NCBI RefSeq assembly: GCF_001194135.2
Contig: NC_069000.1
Location: forward strand, 17,061,543-17,125,542
DNA from: Octopus bimaculoides
Taxonomy: Eukaryota
Reading direction: 5' to 3'
DNA length: 64,000 nt
Shown here: piece after piece, positions 47,715 through 58,659 of the stretch
Numbering within the stretch: the first letter of the stretch is position 1
Layout: every line of letters begins with the position of its first letter
Made by a program: the position numbers and the translations under genes
The notes under the pieces: model-generated
Database searches by the model: none
What the model was told of the DNA's origin: nothing
Seen by the model: only the letters and a program-made list of their open reading frames with translations

Positions 47715-48795
47715 TCTTTCAATTCTGTTTCCTTCTCTTGCTGACTGTGTTCTTGACACCTAGGGCAGAGAAACGCACGGTATACATTGGCAGGACATTA
47801 AAATAAACACACCAGATTGTTTATTTACAAAGTTATGTGATAGAGAAAAAGGGAAAGAAAGACAGAGAGAAAAGGAAAAAATTAAAAAAAAAAAACATAG
47901 AAGTAAACAAAGAAAATAAAGGGAAAAAAGGAAATAAAATTCACAACGACAATGTTCTTCTCAATACGTGAGACGTACCAGTTAAGACAATCTTTTGCAT
48001 TTCCCGCACGGATGGTAAGCCAGGAACCATTCTTAAATAAGTTTCAGTTCCTTTCTTGATCATTCCAAGCGCTCCTACAATTACTGGTATTGTAACCGTC
48101 TTGAGATACCACATCTTTTCGATTTCGATTAGTAAATCTTTACATTTTCTGAGCTTATCAAATTCTTTTGCTGAGATATTATGGTCACAGGGTACGCTCA
48201 TGTCATTCAATAAACAGACTTTATTATTTTGGTCTTTCACAACAATATCTGGTTAATTAGCTTTGATGATCCAGTCTGTACATACTGGGAAGTCTCAAAG
48301 AATAGTTACATTTTCTCCCTCAGTTACAGCCTCAAGAGCGTGCTTGTACCATTTGTCAGCAATTTTAATTTTATAATACCGCCTCATTATCCAATGTAGA
48401 TATTGTCCAACTCTGTCATGTCTTGATTTGCACTCTACAGGTGCTAAATCCTTACACCCAGAGATTAATTGGTCCACTGTTTCAATCCCAGCATTGCAGT
48501 ATCTACACCATTTTTCATTATATTGGCTTGATAGTCCCCAGTCAATAAGCTCTGATTTTGAGCGGCCAAGATAAAGCCGACATTCTCTGCTTTTAGCCCT
48601 GAGCTCCGTAGTCATTGGTGTGTGTGCTTATGGTCTACATCAGCTTGTTTGCTACGGGCCACATATTTGCCATGCAGAGGATTTTTGTCCGCCAATTGTT
48701 CACACGCATTTTGCTATTGATTTCACCTTCATTGCAACTAAAGTTGCCGCACTTCCATCATACTGTTCAACCTGGGTATTATACATAAATTCACT
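47715..48795 (-). mobile_element. R4/Dong-like RLE retroelement, 5'-truncated (d)
   Basis: CCHC knuckle CRYCNAGIETVDQLISGC..RHDRVGQYLHW, then RLE domain CLLNDMSVP.D.NI..KEFDKL..KDL.IEIEKMW..IPVIVGALG..MQKIVLTGTSHVLRRTLSL*. Confidence 0.9.
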
Positions 48796-48830
48796 TATTA
48801 TTATTATTATTATTATTATTGTTATTATTA

Positions 48831-48874
<44 letters not shown>

Positions 48875-48880
48875 ATTATT

Positions 48881-49075
48881 CAGTAGTCTTATTTTTATCA
48901 CGTGCTTTCAATGCACTACCGATCGCAGCTCTGTGTGCCTTGGGTACGTGCCGTCGTTTGTTCTGATGCTCTTATTTTCAGTGTATTGAAAGTGTTTTAC
49001 GTAGGTTGTGTGTGGTGCCTAGTAGTGCTATTTTCTGTATGTTATATATACTTGTAAGTCCTGTAGGTTTTTACT
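48881..49075 (-). mobile_element. R4/Dong-like RLE retroelement, 3' end (e)
   Basis: Minus strand GLTSIYNIQKIALLGTTHNLRKTLSIH*; 3' UTR nearly the same as copy (b); (TAA)n tail. Confidence 0.8.
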
Positions 49076-49475
49076 CTACTCTAAACGTTTTGCAACGTTT
49101 GCTTTTGAAAATACTGGTTTTCTGATTGCAGCCCTTCCGTGAAATCCGGCTTTATGCAACTCCCGACGAGCAGTTTCTGTGGAAACTGGGTTCTCGAGGT
49201 GGTCATTAAGCTCTGCAGTAATTTTAGGAGCCGTACTTTTGTGATCCTTTCTAACAATTCGCGCCAGAGTCCGACAATCCCTATTTGAAAGTTTTGGTTT
49301 TCTTCCGGAGTTTTGTTCGACAGGGGTGGTGGGGTTCCTCTTTCTCAAAGGCTGTCATTACTTTCGAGACAGTACTTCTTGACACAACAAACATTTCGAC
49401 TGTTTTCGCTACGCTAGCGCTTGCCATACGAGCACCAACAATTTGACCTCTTTGAAAGTCCAATAGATCTGTCAT
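49076..49475 (-). mobile_element. Tc1 transposase N-terminal (paired HTH) fragment
   Basis: MTDLLDFQRGQIVGAR...VSRSTVSKV / NSGRKPKLSNRDCRTLARIVRK...AELN...VSTETARRELHKAGFHGRAAIRKP; one frameshift. Confidence 0.9.
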
Positions 49476-50339
49476 TTTAATGAATTTTAATTACCTTTTT
49501 CTGATGGTATCTGAAAAGAAACAGCAATTNNNNNNNNNNNNNNNNNNNNNNNNNNNNNNNNNNNNNNNNNNNNNNNNNNNNNNNNNNNNNNNNNNNNNNN
49601 NNNNNNNNNNNNNNNNNNNNNNNNNNNNNNNNNNNNNNNNNNNNNNNNNNNNNNNNNNNNNNNNNNNNNNNNNNNNNNNNNNNNNNNNNNNNNNNNNNNN
49701 NNNNNNNNNNNNNNNNNNNNNNNNNNNNNNNNNNNNNNNNNNNNNNNNNNNNNNNNNNNNNNNNNNNNNNNNNNNNNNNNNNNNNNNNNNNNNNNNNNNN
49801 NNNNNNNNNNNNNNNNNNNNNNNNNNNNNNNNNNNNNNNNNNNNNNNNNNNNNNNNNNNNNNNNNNNNNNNNNNNNNNNNNNNNNNNNNNNNNNNNNNNN
49901 NNNNNNNNNNNNNNNNNNNNNNNNNNNNNNNNNNNNNNNNNNNNNNNNNNNNNNNNNNNNNNNNNNNNNNNNNNNNNNNNNNNNNNNNNNNNNNNNNNNN
50001 NNNNNNNNNNNNNNNNNNNNNNNNNNNNNNNNNNNNNNNNNNNNNNNNNNNNNNNNNNNNNNNNNNNNNNNNNNNNNNNNNNNNNNNNNNNNNNNNNNNN
50101 NNNNNNNNNNNNAGATAGGTGGTAGTTATGGCAGTTGCCTGCCATAACTGTCACAACTGCCATCTCTGAAGAGCGCAAGGTTACATAATTGGGTTATTAC
50201 CTAACACTCCGTTGAATCCCAAGTGCGAAACCGATTGGTAAGATCGGCCGTAATGGAGATATAATATTGTACACTTTGATTAATATATACCCATTCTATT
50301 GACAAATATTTTTTTTCTGACTTATGGATTCTTAGATGG

Positions 50340-50379
<40 letters not shown>

Positions 50380-52189
50380 TACGTAGATGAGATAAAATGA
50401 TAAGTGAAGAAGAACCCAGCCACAATTCTGTACAAATAATAGCTATATATCTACTTCATTTCAACTTCAAATTGCATGGTTAATGATGTATCCATTTTAG
50501 TAATTGAAAAAAAAAAATCTCGGACGAAATCGTGGTAACACTCGTCTATGTGAGTGTGTGTTATGTTATTGTTAATGATATGACTCAATGACAAAAACTG
50601 AAATTTCAAGTAAAAATCCAGCTCCGGTTGATTCAATAAAAACTTATAATTGTCACATAAAAAATTCACACGCTTCCCCTACACACACGCACACACACAC
50701 ACAGATAGATACATAGATGCATATACATGCATACGCACACATATATTCATACATGCACTTAAATGAACTTAAATGGGCATTCAAGTAACTTATACACGGG
50801 CAAACTCAATCCTCACCGTACCACCAATGATGGGAGAACAAAATGTGTGTATGGGTGCGTGTATATATATATATATATATGCATGTATGTATATATGTGT
50901 TTATGTATTATCTATCTTTCATGAGACCGGTGTTCGGCCAAACCTGACCTTTCTTTCTTGGTTCATCTACCATCCATGCAACATCTATATTCCTTCTCAT
51001 GCCTGTCATCTCTAATGTCCCTGCCGTAAGGCTTTACTTCCACACACGCCAGCTTAATTTAATTCGTCCTCAGTCGAAAGACACCTGCTGTTTGCAATTG
51101 TATTTGTGTACCATTTCTCAGTTTTTTTCCGTCCTTGTTTTCGTATACATTCGCGGCTTTCTTCCAATGAATCTAGATTTTCCTTGGGGCTGGCCAAATT
51201 GGAACAATCTTGAATATAACCAGCCGAAACTGCAAAGATAATCTGGTACTCGACTGAGGAAAGAAAACTCCGAATGACCCGTCCTTGCTTTTTCTTGTCC
51301 CTTTTTGTATCATCTAACTGTCTGGATGTTTTGTTGTCGCCAGTTGCGTTCTTGTTCCATTTTTGTATTCTTATATATATATATATATNNNNNNNNNNNN
51401 NNNNNNNNNNNNNNNNNNNNNNNNNNNNNNNNNNNNNNNNNNNNNNNNNNNNNNNNNNNNNNNNNNNNNNNNNNNNNNNNNNNNNNNNNNNNNNNNNNNN
51501 NNNNNNNNNNNNNNNNNNNNNNNNNNNNNNNNNNNNNNNNNNNNNNNNNNNNNNNNNNNNNNNNNNNNNNNNNNNNNNNNNNNNNNNNNNNNNNNNNNNN
51601 NNNNNNNNNNNNNNNNNNNNNNNNNNNNNNNNNNNNNNNNNNNNNNNNNNNNNNNNNNNNNNNNNNNNNNNNATATATATATACATATATGTATGTATGT
51701 ATGTAGCGGGGCGAAAACCGGAGCAAAATGAGTAACTTCTGATTTCTATTTATGTTTCTACTACCTGTTTGAATTCGTTACAATGCAAGTATTGCAACAT
51801 CAGTTTGTATTGCTACATAATATTGAGGAGTAAAAATTGGTCTACTAGTTGTTGTTGAAGTTGAGAGAGTCCGAAACATAGCTAGGTGGCAGGTACATTG
51901 ATGGGATTTAAGCAAAAAAATCGGACTGTCCGTACTTTAAAATTTCATTTTATTTTTAAATTCGAAAATGAGTGGAACTTTTAAGGAGGGGTTTTAAAAT
52001 TTAAAAAATTTTTTTTCTTTTTTCATAATCATATGATTTCCTGTCTGTAGAACACAAATTCGCAAAAACTTTCTGAAAATTTCACCCCTCAAAATGTCAT
52101 GATGTCTTATATGGGGTTCTTAAAACAGAACCCCCACCTATATATGTATAATATATGTATGTGTAGATGTGTGTGTGTGTGTGTGTGTG

Positions 52190-52570
52190 TGTTTAATAAC
52201 GTATCTAACGCGGAAAGACACACAGACTGAGACACATACACACTCGTACACTTACGCTCACAGACCGATACACAGTCATATACAAAATGTGATGTCATTG
52301 TCGTTGTGGTATAAAATGTCCTGTTGACAATAGAAAGATTATCTCTATGAAATGTTATATAGTTTTAATCGGAATGAAAATAAAATTTCGTATTGACAAT
52401 GACCAGCCCTCACATACATATAGTATGTTTAATAACGTATCTAACTCGGAACGACACACACACGCACTGTGAGACGTATACACACTCATACACTCACATT
52501 AACAGACAAATACACAGTCATATAGAAAATATGACGTCGTCGTCAACGTTGTGGTTAGAATTAAACGTAA
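52190..52570. repeat. Two diverged ~130-bp direct repeats, ~236-bp period
   Basis: gtttaataacgtatctaac.cggaa.gacacac...atacacagtcatata.aaaat.tga.gtc at ~52190 and ~52427. Confidence 0.75.
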
Positions 52571-52721
52571 AAGTATAAAAGTGAAACATTATATCACATT
52601 GCAATATAGATGTTATTCTTTCACTTTTATTCTTTGACTTTTGACACGTAATACTGAATAAGTGTCAATGTAGCATTGTTTTAATGCAAATGACAAAAAA
52701 AAATTACATGTTGACACTCAC

Positions 52722-52792
52722 GGGGTTTGATACTATTGCCGTGTAAAATTTGATTTGATTTGGTTGAAACGTTTGAGAATGAATTGGGAACA
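52722..52792 (-). other. Candidate spliced exon (possibly 5' UTR of the Ctr gene)
   Basis: Acceptor tttgtctctttctaag and donor CCC|gtgagt; no ATG, no homology. Confidence 0.35.
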
Positions 52793-52962
52793 CTTAGAAA
52801 GAGACAAAGGATTATATATATATATATTATTTATTAATTCATAATAGAATATAAAGATAAAAATCATGTTAATGATTTTTATCAGGTAGTCAGTATGCTA
52901 TAAAAATTCATAGGCAATTTATACATTAAATTAATGACGATATAAATATGTATATAATTATT

Positions 52963-53066
52963 TTAAGGGAGCAAGGATGAAAACGACCTGTCTTCAGCAG
53001 TGCCGATACCTTCATCGGCACTACAATCATGCTGGAGATAGGCCGTTTTCATCCTTGGTCCCTTAA
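52963..53066. mobile_element. 96-bp palindromic mini-element flanked by TTAA (Kolobok-like ends)
   Basis: TTAA|GGGAGCAAGGATGAAAACG...CGTTTTCATCCTTGGTCCC|TTAA; 37-bp arms with 4 mismatches plus an inner 9-bp hairpin. Confidence 0.75.
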
Positions 53067-53321
53067 TATAATTATATACATATGTACATTATTATTAATT
53101 ATATAAACGCATATACCAATGCCTTGTGTATTTACCAAATACACAAGTTATCAGTCAACATGGGTCTATAATAGAAGACATGTGAACATGATGCTACTAA
53201 TCTAGAACCCCCTTATTTTGAAGCAAAATTAATCCCGTATTATAGGGCTTTCCTATAAGGTGTTATCCACCCCTGATTGGAACTCTCCCGTATGACATGT
53301 ACGCATGCTCAGTGACTTGCT

Positions 53322-53825
53322 TTAACAGTTGCAATCAGCTGAATGCACATTGCCAGTGACATTTAACATAATTACCCACACTCTGTGGTCAGGATTCTTT
53401 TTTTGGTTTGATGTCGGTATCGAAGGGATTACCAGACACCGGACAATACAGTGAGAGCAGCTTTCNNNNNNNNNNNNNNNNNNNNNNNNNNNNNNNNNNN
53501 NNNNNNNNNNNNNNNNNNNNNNNNNNNNNNNNNNNNNNNNNNNNNNNNNNNNNNNNNNNNNNNNNNNNNNNNNNNNNNNNNNNNCGAGAGCAGATATAAG
53601 CTTCTGCTTATTCCTGTCTGAAGTATCGTCTGATACTTCAGGCTTATCGTCCGATGAATTTACTTTGTTGACATTCTTCATCGACAAAATTTTTATTCCT
53701 TTCAACCTTTCAGTCAAGTCCGCCTTTCTTCCAGTAACATACTGTCCATATAATCTTAAATATTCCTTTAACTCAGACACAGTAAGTACTTCGATAGCTG
53801 AATCATCAAGCTGCTTTATATCCAT
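53322..53825 (-). mobile_element. SAP-domain + SWIM-like ORF fragment, probably transposon-derived
   Basis: LTVSELKEYLRLYGQYVTGRKADLTERL (SAP) and HRVWVIMLNVTGNVHSADCNC (start of a SWIM-type motif); gap in the middle, stop after CNC. Confidence 0.6.
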
Positions 53826-54507
53826 GATAAGACGTAAAACAATAACAATGGCGTGGGTTAGCCTCCGGAAGTTTAATTATCTACATGGAGCGCCGCCTAG
53901 CCAAGGGAGATAACCTACTTATAGGAAAGCCCTATGCAGTCGTATTTCCGCCAAATACCCAATCTTTCTGCTGTCTTCACGGCTATACTGCGTTCGAAAT
54001 ATTACTTCCTTGTCTCTACAATACGTTACACATTCGACGCTTCCAAAACTAAAAAAAAAAAAAAGTTTTCTGTTTCCTGTCTTTCTATGACCCTCAGCCG
54101 AGCTCTCAAACTTTTAAGTGATAGCTCACACATATACCACTAACCAGCTAACGCATATCACTTCAGCACTTACTAGGAAGAGCCTTTTATATCAGAATAG
54201 AAAGTGCAATTATATATTAATGAATTTGCAGTAAAATACCCTCAGACCTACTTGTTGTGAAGAGAAAACTTGCACTCTTTTAATATCCAGTTCACACGTT
54301 GCGTTTCTAAGTTTCGACTCTGGAAATTATGATAAGCCTAATTATAGGTCTGGTTGATAAGGGCCGATTTGAGACTAAATAAACAATCCCCACCATTATA
54401 CACCTATAATAATTATACCACCATCACTTTCAGTATCACCACGCTCATTACCATCACCACTATCAATGCTCATATCAGTCTCTCAACCATTCGGCTACTT
54501 AACATAC

Positions 54508-54763
54508 CGTTGTAGTAACGCCGTGCGCATGCGTAGTCTCACGCATGCGTGGAATTAAACAAGCAAGCTTTCCCGCTTAATTCTATCTCTTTCTCGGTCG
54601 GCCGGCCATGAGCATGGACGTGTCAAGCAGTGTCTCCAGCATTCCAACTCTGGAGACAGTCTCTTTACGTGTTTAGCTGTCACTCTCCATCTTTCGGACT
54701 TACATCTACATAACAACGTCCCAACAACTATGCTCACACACACAGAAGCTGTAACAACAAGAG
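54508..54763. promoter_or_regulatory. CpG-richer candidate promoter with NRF1-like palindromes
   Basis: TGCGCATGCG 54524-54533 and ACGCATGCGT 54541-54550; donor-like sites on both strands (minus at 54508, plus at 54763). Confidence 0.35.
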
Positions 54764-54982
54764 GTAAAGATATATATATTCACCACCTGAATAAATGTTG
54801 TTTAAGTTGATAGTCTGGAGTTCAGCGTTTCGTTATATTTCTAATTTTATATAGGAAAGTCAGGTATACATCTAATGATGTATAACCAACTTTCCTATAC
54901 CGTCTTCTTCGGCTTGACATTATCGAGGTCAATTCAAAAATATACCTAACTCATTATGCATTTTATGATTTCGCTCTGTTTA

Positions 54983-55240
54983 GTGCGGTGTTTCTCAACC
55001 ATTTTTTTAATCTATGAAGCCCTTTGATACCTATTTTGACTGGATGTATCCTTCTAACCATCTGATGTTTTAAAAAAATCATATTATATTATTATAATTA
55101 AATATTGGGAATTGTTTAAAAAGAAGTGTTAAAATATTTTCTGTATTGTAGAAGTAGAACCAGAATTGATTGCAGTTAAATTTTAACTACAAAATCTTAT
55201 ATGGATCCTAAGGACTATATGGACATCACTGGTTAAGAGT
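54983..55240. mobile_element. hAT (Charlie-like) MITE
   Basis: gtgtttctcaacc start; body similar to 20450-20708. Confidence 0.6.
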
Positions 55241-55954
55241 GTTTAATATCTTTCACATATATTCTTCCGTCGAAAAAACAATAGAAAATATGAATAATAT
55301 ATTTGTGTTCAGGAATATGACCGATCGGCATGTAGTTTGTCTACTCCCGTCCTAACAAAGGAAATGAAAAGTCAAGTTGTTCCCGCCTCAGGAAACACAA
55401 TGAAAACTAAATTAGCAGCAGTAGTAGTAGTAGTAGTGATGGTGGTGGTGGTGGTGCTGTTGTTGGCGGTGGAGGTGGCAGCAGCAGTAATTGGATGAGG
55501 AAACTCAAGTATGATAAATGGAATTCTACAAGTGGTGGCGATATCATGTTATTATTTATATTTTTTTTTAAAGAAGTAATCAAAGCGTACATTATATAAT
55601 AGGCCCTTCCTTTTCTGTTAAAACGATGGGTTCTTATTTGATAAACGTTTGGTTGCTTGCTAGAACTAGCCAAACGAATGAACACTTTTGTTCGTAAAGA
55701 TAACTCTGGAGTATGTTTGTGCGTGTGTGTGTTTTGTGAATGTGTGATTCGTGTGTGAGTATTTGCTTTGAGTGAGTGTGTGTGTGTGTATGTGTGCTGA
55801 TAATTTTAGTTCTGTTTAACATCACAGTAACTTCTGATTGAAGTCAATTATTATTTCCATCACCATCACCACCACGACGGTAGCAGAAATGTTACAGGCA
55901 CTGGAAAAAAAAAAACGCATTTCATCTGGGGTTTTTCCGTTGTTAATTCACATT

Positions 55955-56065
55955 ATACCGAGGTCGACTTTGCCTTTCATCTTTTCGGTTGGGCACTGAG
56001 GTCGATGTTATCGATTAGCCTATTCCTCCAAAATATCAGGCCTTCTACCTATAAGTAGAAAATTT
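55955..56065 (+). mobile_element. SINE family C fragment
   Basis: ccgaggtcgactttgcctttcatcttttcgg...gaggtcgatgttatcgatt. Confidence 0.7.
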
Positions 56066-56427
56066 ATTATCTCTTTCTTTCTCACCTTCACTCCCCCCTC
56101 TCTCTCTCTCACTGGAAGGAATCGGACGCATTCAAACCGAGAGAGAGACGTGACCCACCAGGTACAAAATGATCGCGACAACTCTGTATCTCACAACTTC
56201 ACTACGGCTCCATTAGAACTTTATAAGACTTCAAAGAAGGACACTTATGTTATCAAGACAGAAAGCCAAAGCATAAACTAAATACTGTTAAACGTTTAAT
56301 CTCGCACTCTTACATCTCTCACTACACAATTTTTCGAAGAATTGGAGATAATTTATGCATATTTTACATGGTTTAATCAGGTAGCTACAAGCTAAGCCTG
56401 CAGCATCTGCAAGCATTCTGAGACAGT

Positions 56428-56593
56428 CAGGGTCGGCCATAGGGTTGCTGGCGCCCCGGTCAAGTTGAACTTTGGCGTGTATAAGCTGACGGTCGTGGAA
56501 ATTTTCTTGTCTTTGTAACGCCCAGCTTGGCGCCCCCTAGCACATGGCACCCCAGGCGACTGCCCGAGTTGCCCGTACCTTGAGCCGACCCTG
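56428..56593. mobile_element. 166-bp hAT-type MITE with 8-bp TSD
   Basis: TIRs CAGGGTCGGC / GCCGACCCTG; TSD GAGACAGT at 56420-56427 and 56594-56601. Confidence 0.92.
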
Positions 56594-56618
56594 GAGACAG
56601 TTGAGATTGATATAGTTG

Positions 56619-56900
56619 ATTATTTACAACTGATGGATATTTGTCCTCATTTTGTTTGTTGTTAACACAACGTTTCGGCTGATATACCCTCCAGCCTTCA
56701 TCAGGTGTCTTGGGGAAATTTCAAACCTGGGTTCTCATTCCTATGGTATTTTTCGAAGTTGTTGTTGTTGTTATTATTATTATTATTATTCAGGTCACTG
56801 CCTGGAATTGAACTCAGAATCTTGGGGCTAGTACCCCGCGCTCTTAACCACTACGTCATATGCCCAAGATGAGGACAAATATCCGTCAAATGTAGATAAT
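56619..56900 (-). mobile_element. tRNA-headed non-autonomous element carrying a hammerhead ribozyme, with an inverted copy of its 3' tail at the 5' end
   Basis: Head at 56865-56791 (A box TGACGTAGTGG, B box GTTCAATTC), (AAT)n(AAC)n spacer, hammerhead at 56709-56664; inverted 32-bp repeats at 56619-56650 and 56869-56900 (28/32 identical). Confidence 0.85.
56664..56709 (-). ncRNA. Minimal type I hammerhead ribozyme
   Basis: GACAC-CTGATGA-A-GGCTG-gagggtatat-CAGCC-GAAAC-GTT/GTGTT: stem I 5 bp, stem II 5 bp, palindromic ACGT in place of stem III; predicted cleavage between 56669 and 56668. Confidence 0.8.
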
Positions 56901-57004
56901 GCATTCTTAATAGGTCAAGCAACTGTGCAAGCAAAGTAGATGTGGGGAGCCCTATTTATACTAGGGACAAATTACGATCAAACTCCAGCAAAAAAAAAAT
57001 TAAA

Positions 57005-57197
57005 AAATAGTGCAATGGGTGTAAAACAACGTAGTAAACGAATATGAAAATAATGCGCGCTAGCGAATGGGGGGGGGGGAGAACTCGGAAAATTCACATC
57101 GGGAATGTTCCGAGTCTTCTTACCCCGCTCGCCAGCGTACATTTTTGTTTTTTCATATTCGTCTACTACATGTTGTTTTACACCGATTGCACTATTT
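57005..57197. repeat. ~190-bp fold-back (long imperfect inverted repeat, ~9-nt loop)
   Basis: aaatagtgcaat.ggtgtaaaacaac..gtagta.acgaatatgaaaa...actcggaa.att pairs with the right arm around the loop at ~57095-57103. Confidence 0.85.
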
Positions 57198-57309
57198 ATT
57201 AATATTCTTCTTCTTTTTTTGCTCGTGTCAAACACTGGAGTTTGACCCAAATTACAAGTTCATAAGAGCTTGTGGGGGCACTTCTATGATGAGAAAAAAT
57301 AACGAAACT

Positions 57310-57655
57310 ATATATATAAGTGCTGAAAAGTTCCTTTGTTGGAACCTCCAACAAAGTAGCTTTGTTGAGACAGTTTCGAAGCTGATGTATGCGGATTTCA
57401 ACTGTATTTCGTTTGACTGTTCGGAACGAGCGATGGGTCAAAAATGCAAGTGGACGCCGATCGCTAATCATTTCTTTTAGATTGCCAACTAGTTTCCTCC
57501 CTAATCTATTTCTCTCTATCATAAACTCTTTCATAAGCGTTATAGGAAGCTTCCTCGCCTGAAAGTACAACCACATTAACTCCAACTGCAACAGCAACGA
57601 GCAGCAGAAAAAAAGCCAAACCACCGTTAGTGAAGGAACTTACTACTATCACTCG
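57310..57655. mobile_element. Possible decayed mariner-type MITE
   Basis: ta..gtgctgaaaagttcctt start and a weak inverted gaaggaactta end. Confidence 0.3.
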
Positions 57656-58659
57656 AAAGAGGAAGCCTCATAAAGGAGCCCTGTTCCTCAAACCAACACA
57701 AATACCATCAAGAAACTACGTAAAGGTTTCGTTTTCATTGTCTTATTCTGATTTCTGGTACGTCGACAAAGTAGGTTTCCGATTGGTTAAAATTGCATAA
57801 TTTAAAGTGCTTGTAACTTTTTTTATTATCAATTTCTAGGAAAATGAATGCAGCTTTTTGTCATCAGCATGCAAAACTACATTAGGGTAGAACATTTGAA
57901 GAGTATCTAATGAAAATTTGAAATATTTTCAGTGACTGGAAAGAATCTAACAAGATTCTCAATTACATATATTTTAGAATGTGGGATAAAATAGAATGAT
58001 GAAGAATACCGAGACAAAAAAACGCACCAAAAGATTCTTTTTCATTTGTGATAGCTATTCCGTAAATCTGCCAGGAAAGCGTTAGTAATGTAGTGTTATT
58101 AGGTTCATAATCAATCGATTGTCAGCAGATGAGATCGGTAACATCTTCCCGTTGTTAATGTGGAGACGGGGTCAGCTTGATGTAACAGTGAGTAATTGGA
58201 ATATTTTCTTCTGGCTGCTAATATAACTACCAAAAATAGCCTGATAGGTGATACTTAGGTGATATTTCGTTATTTGGAAAATTGTTTTACAGGAGCTGCT
58301 TTCATTTCACGTTCTTTATTGCTTGAAGTAATGCCTTAAATAACGAGAGAATAATAAAGCATGACTACTGTGATGTGGTGATTTCAATCAGTTGTCTCCT
58401 TCAGAAAATTTTCTTGCTTTATTTACCCGTTGGGTAACACCAAAATTTAGCATTTCACACCCTTCAGAATTGTCCGACAGTACATAATGCTTTCTCTCCA
58501 CCCAGCCTCCCTTCATTCTTTCCTCTCCTCCTCCTTCGCTCTCTCTTCAGGTAGAGGACTCTCAGAGACAAAGTAAAAAGCCTGCATTATTCAACATTTA
58601 ACGCATTAATCTTAACAGCCTTAAATAGCTCACGATATCCATGGGCACTGCCCCTAATA

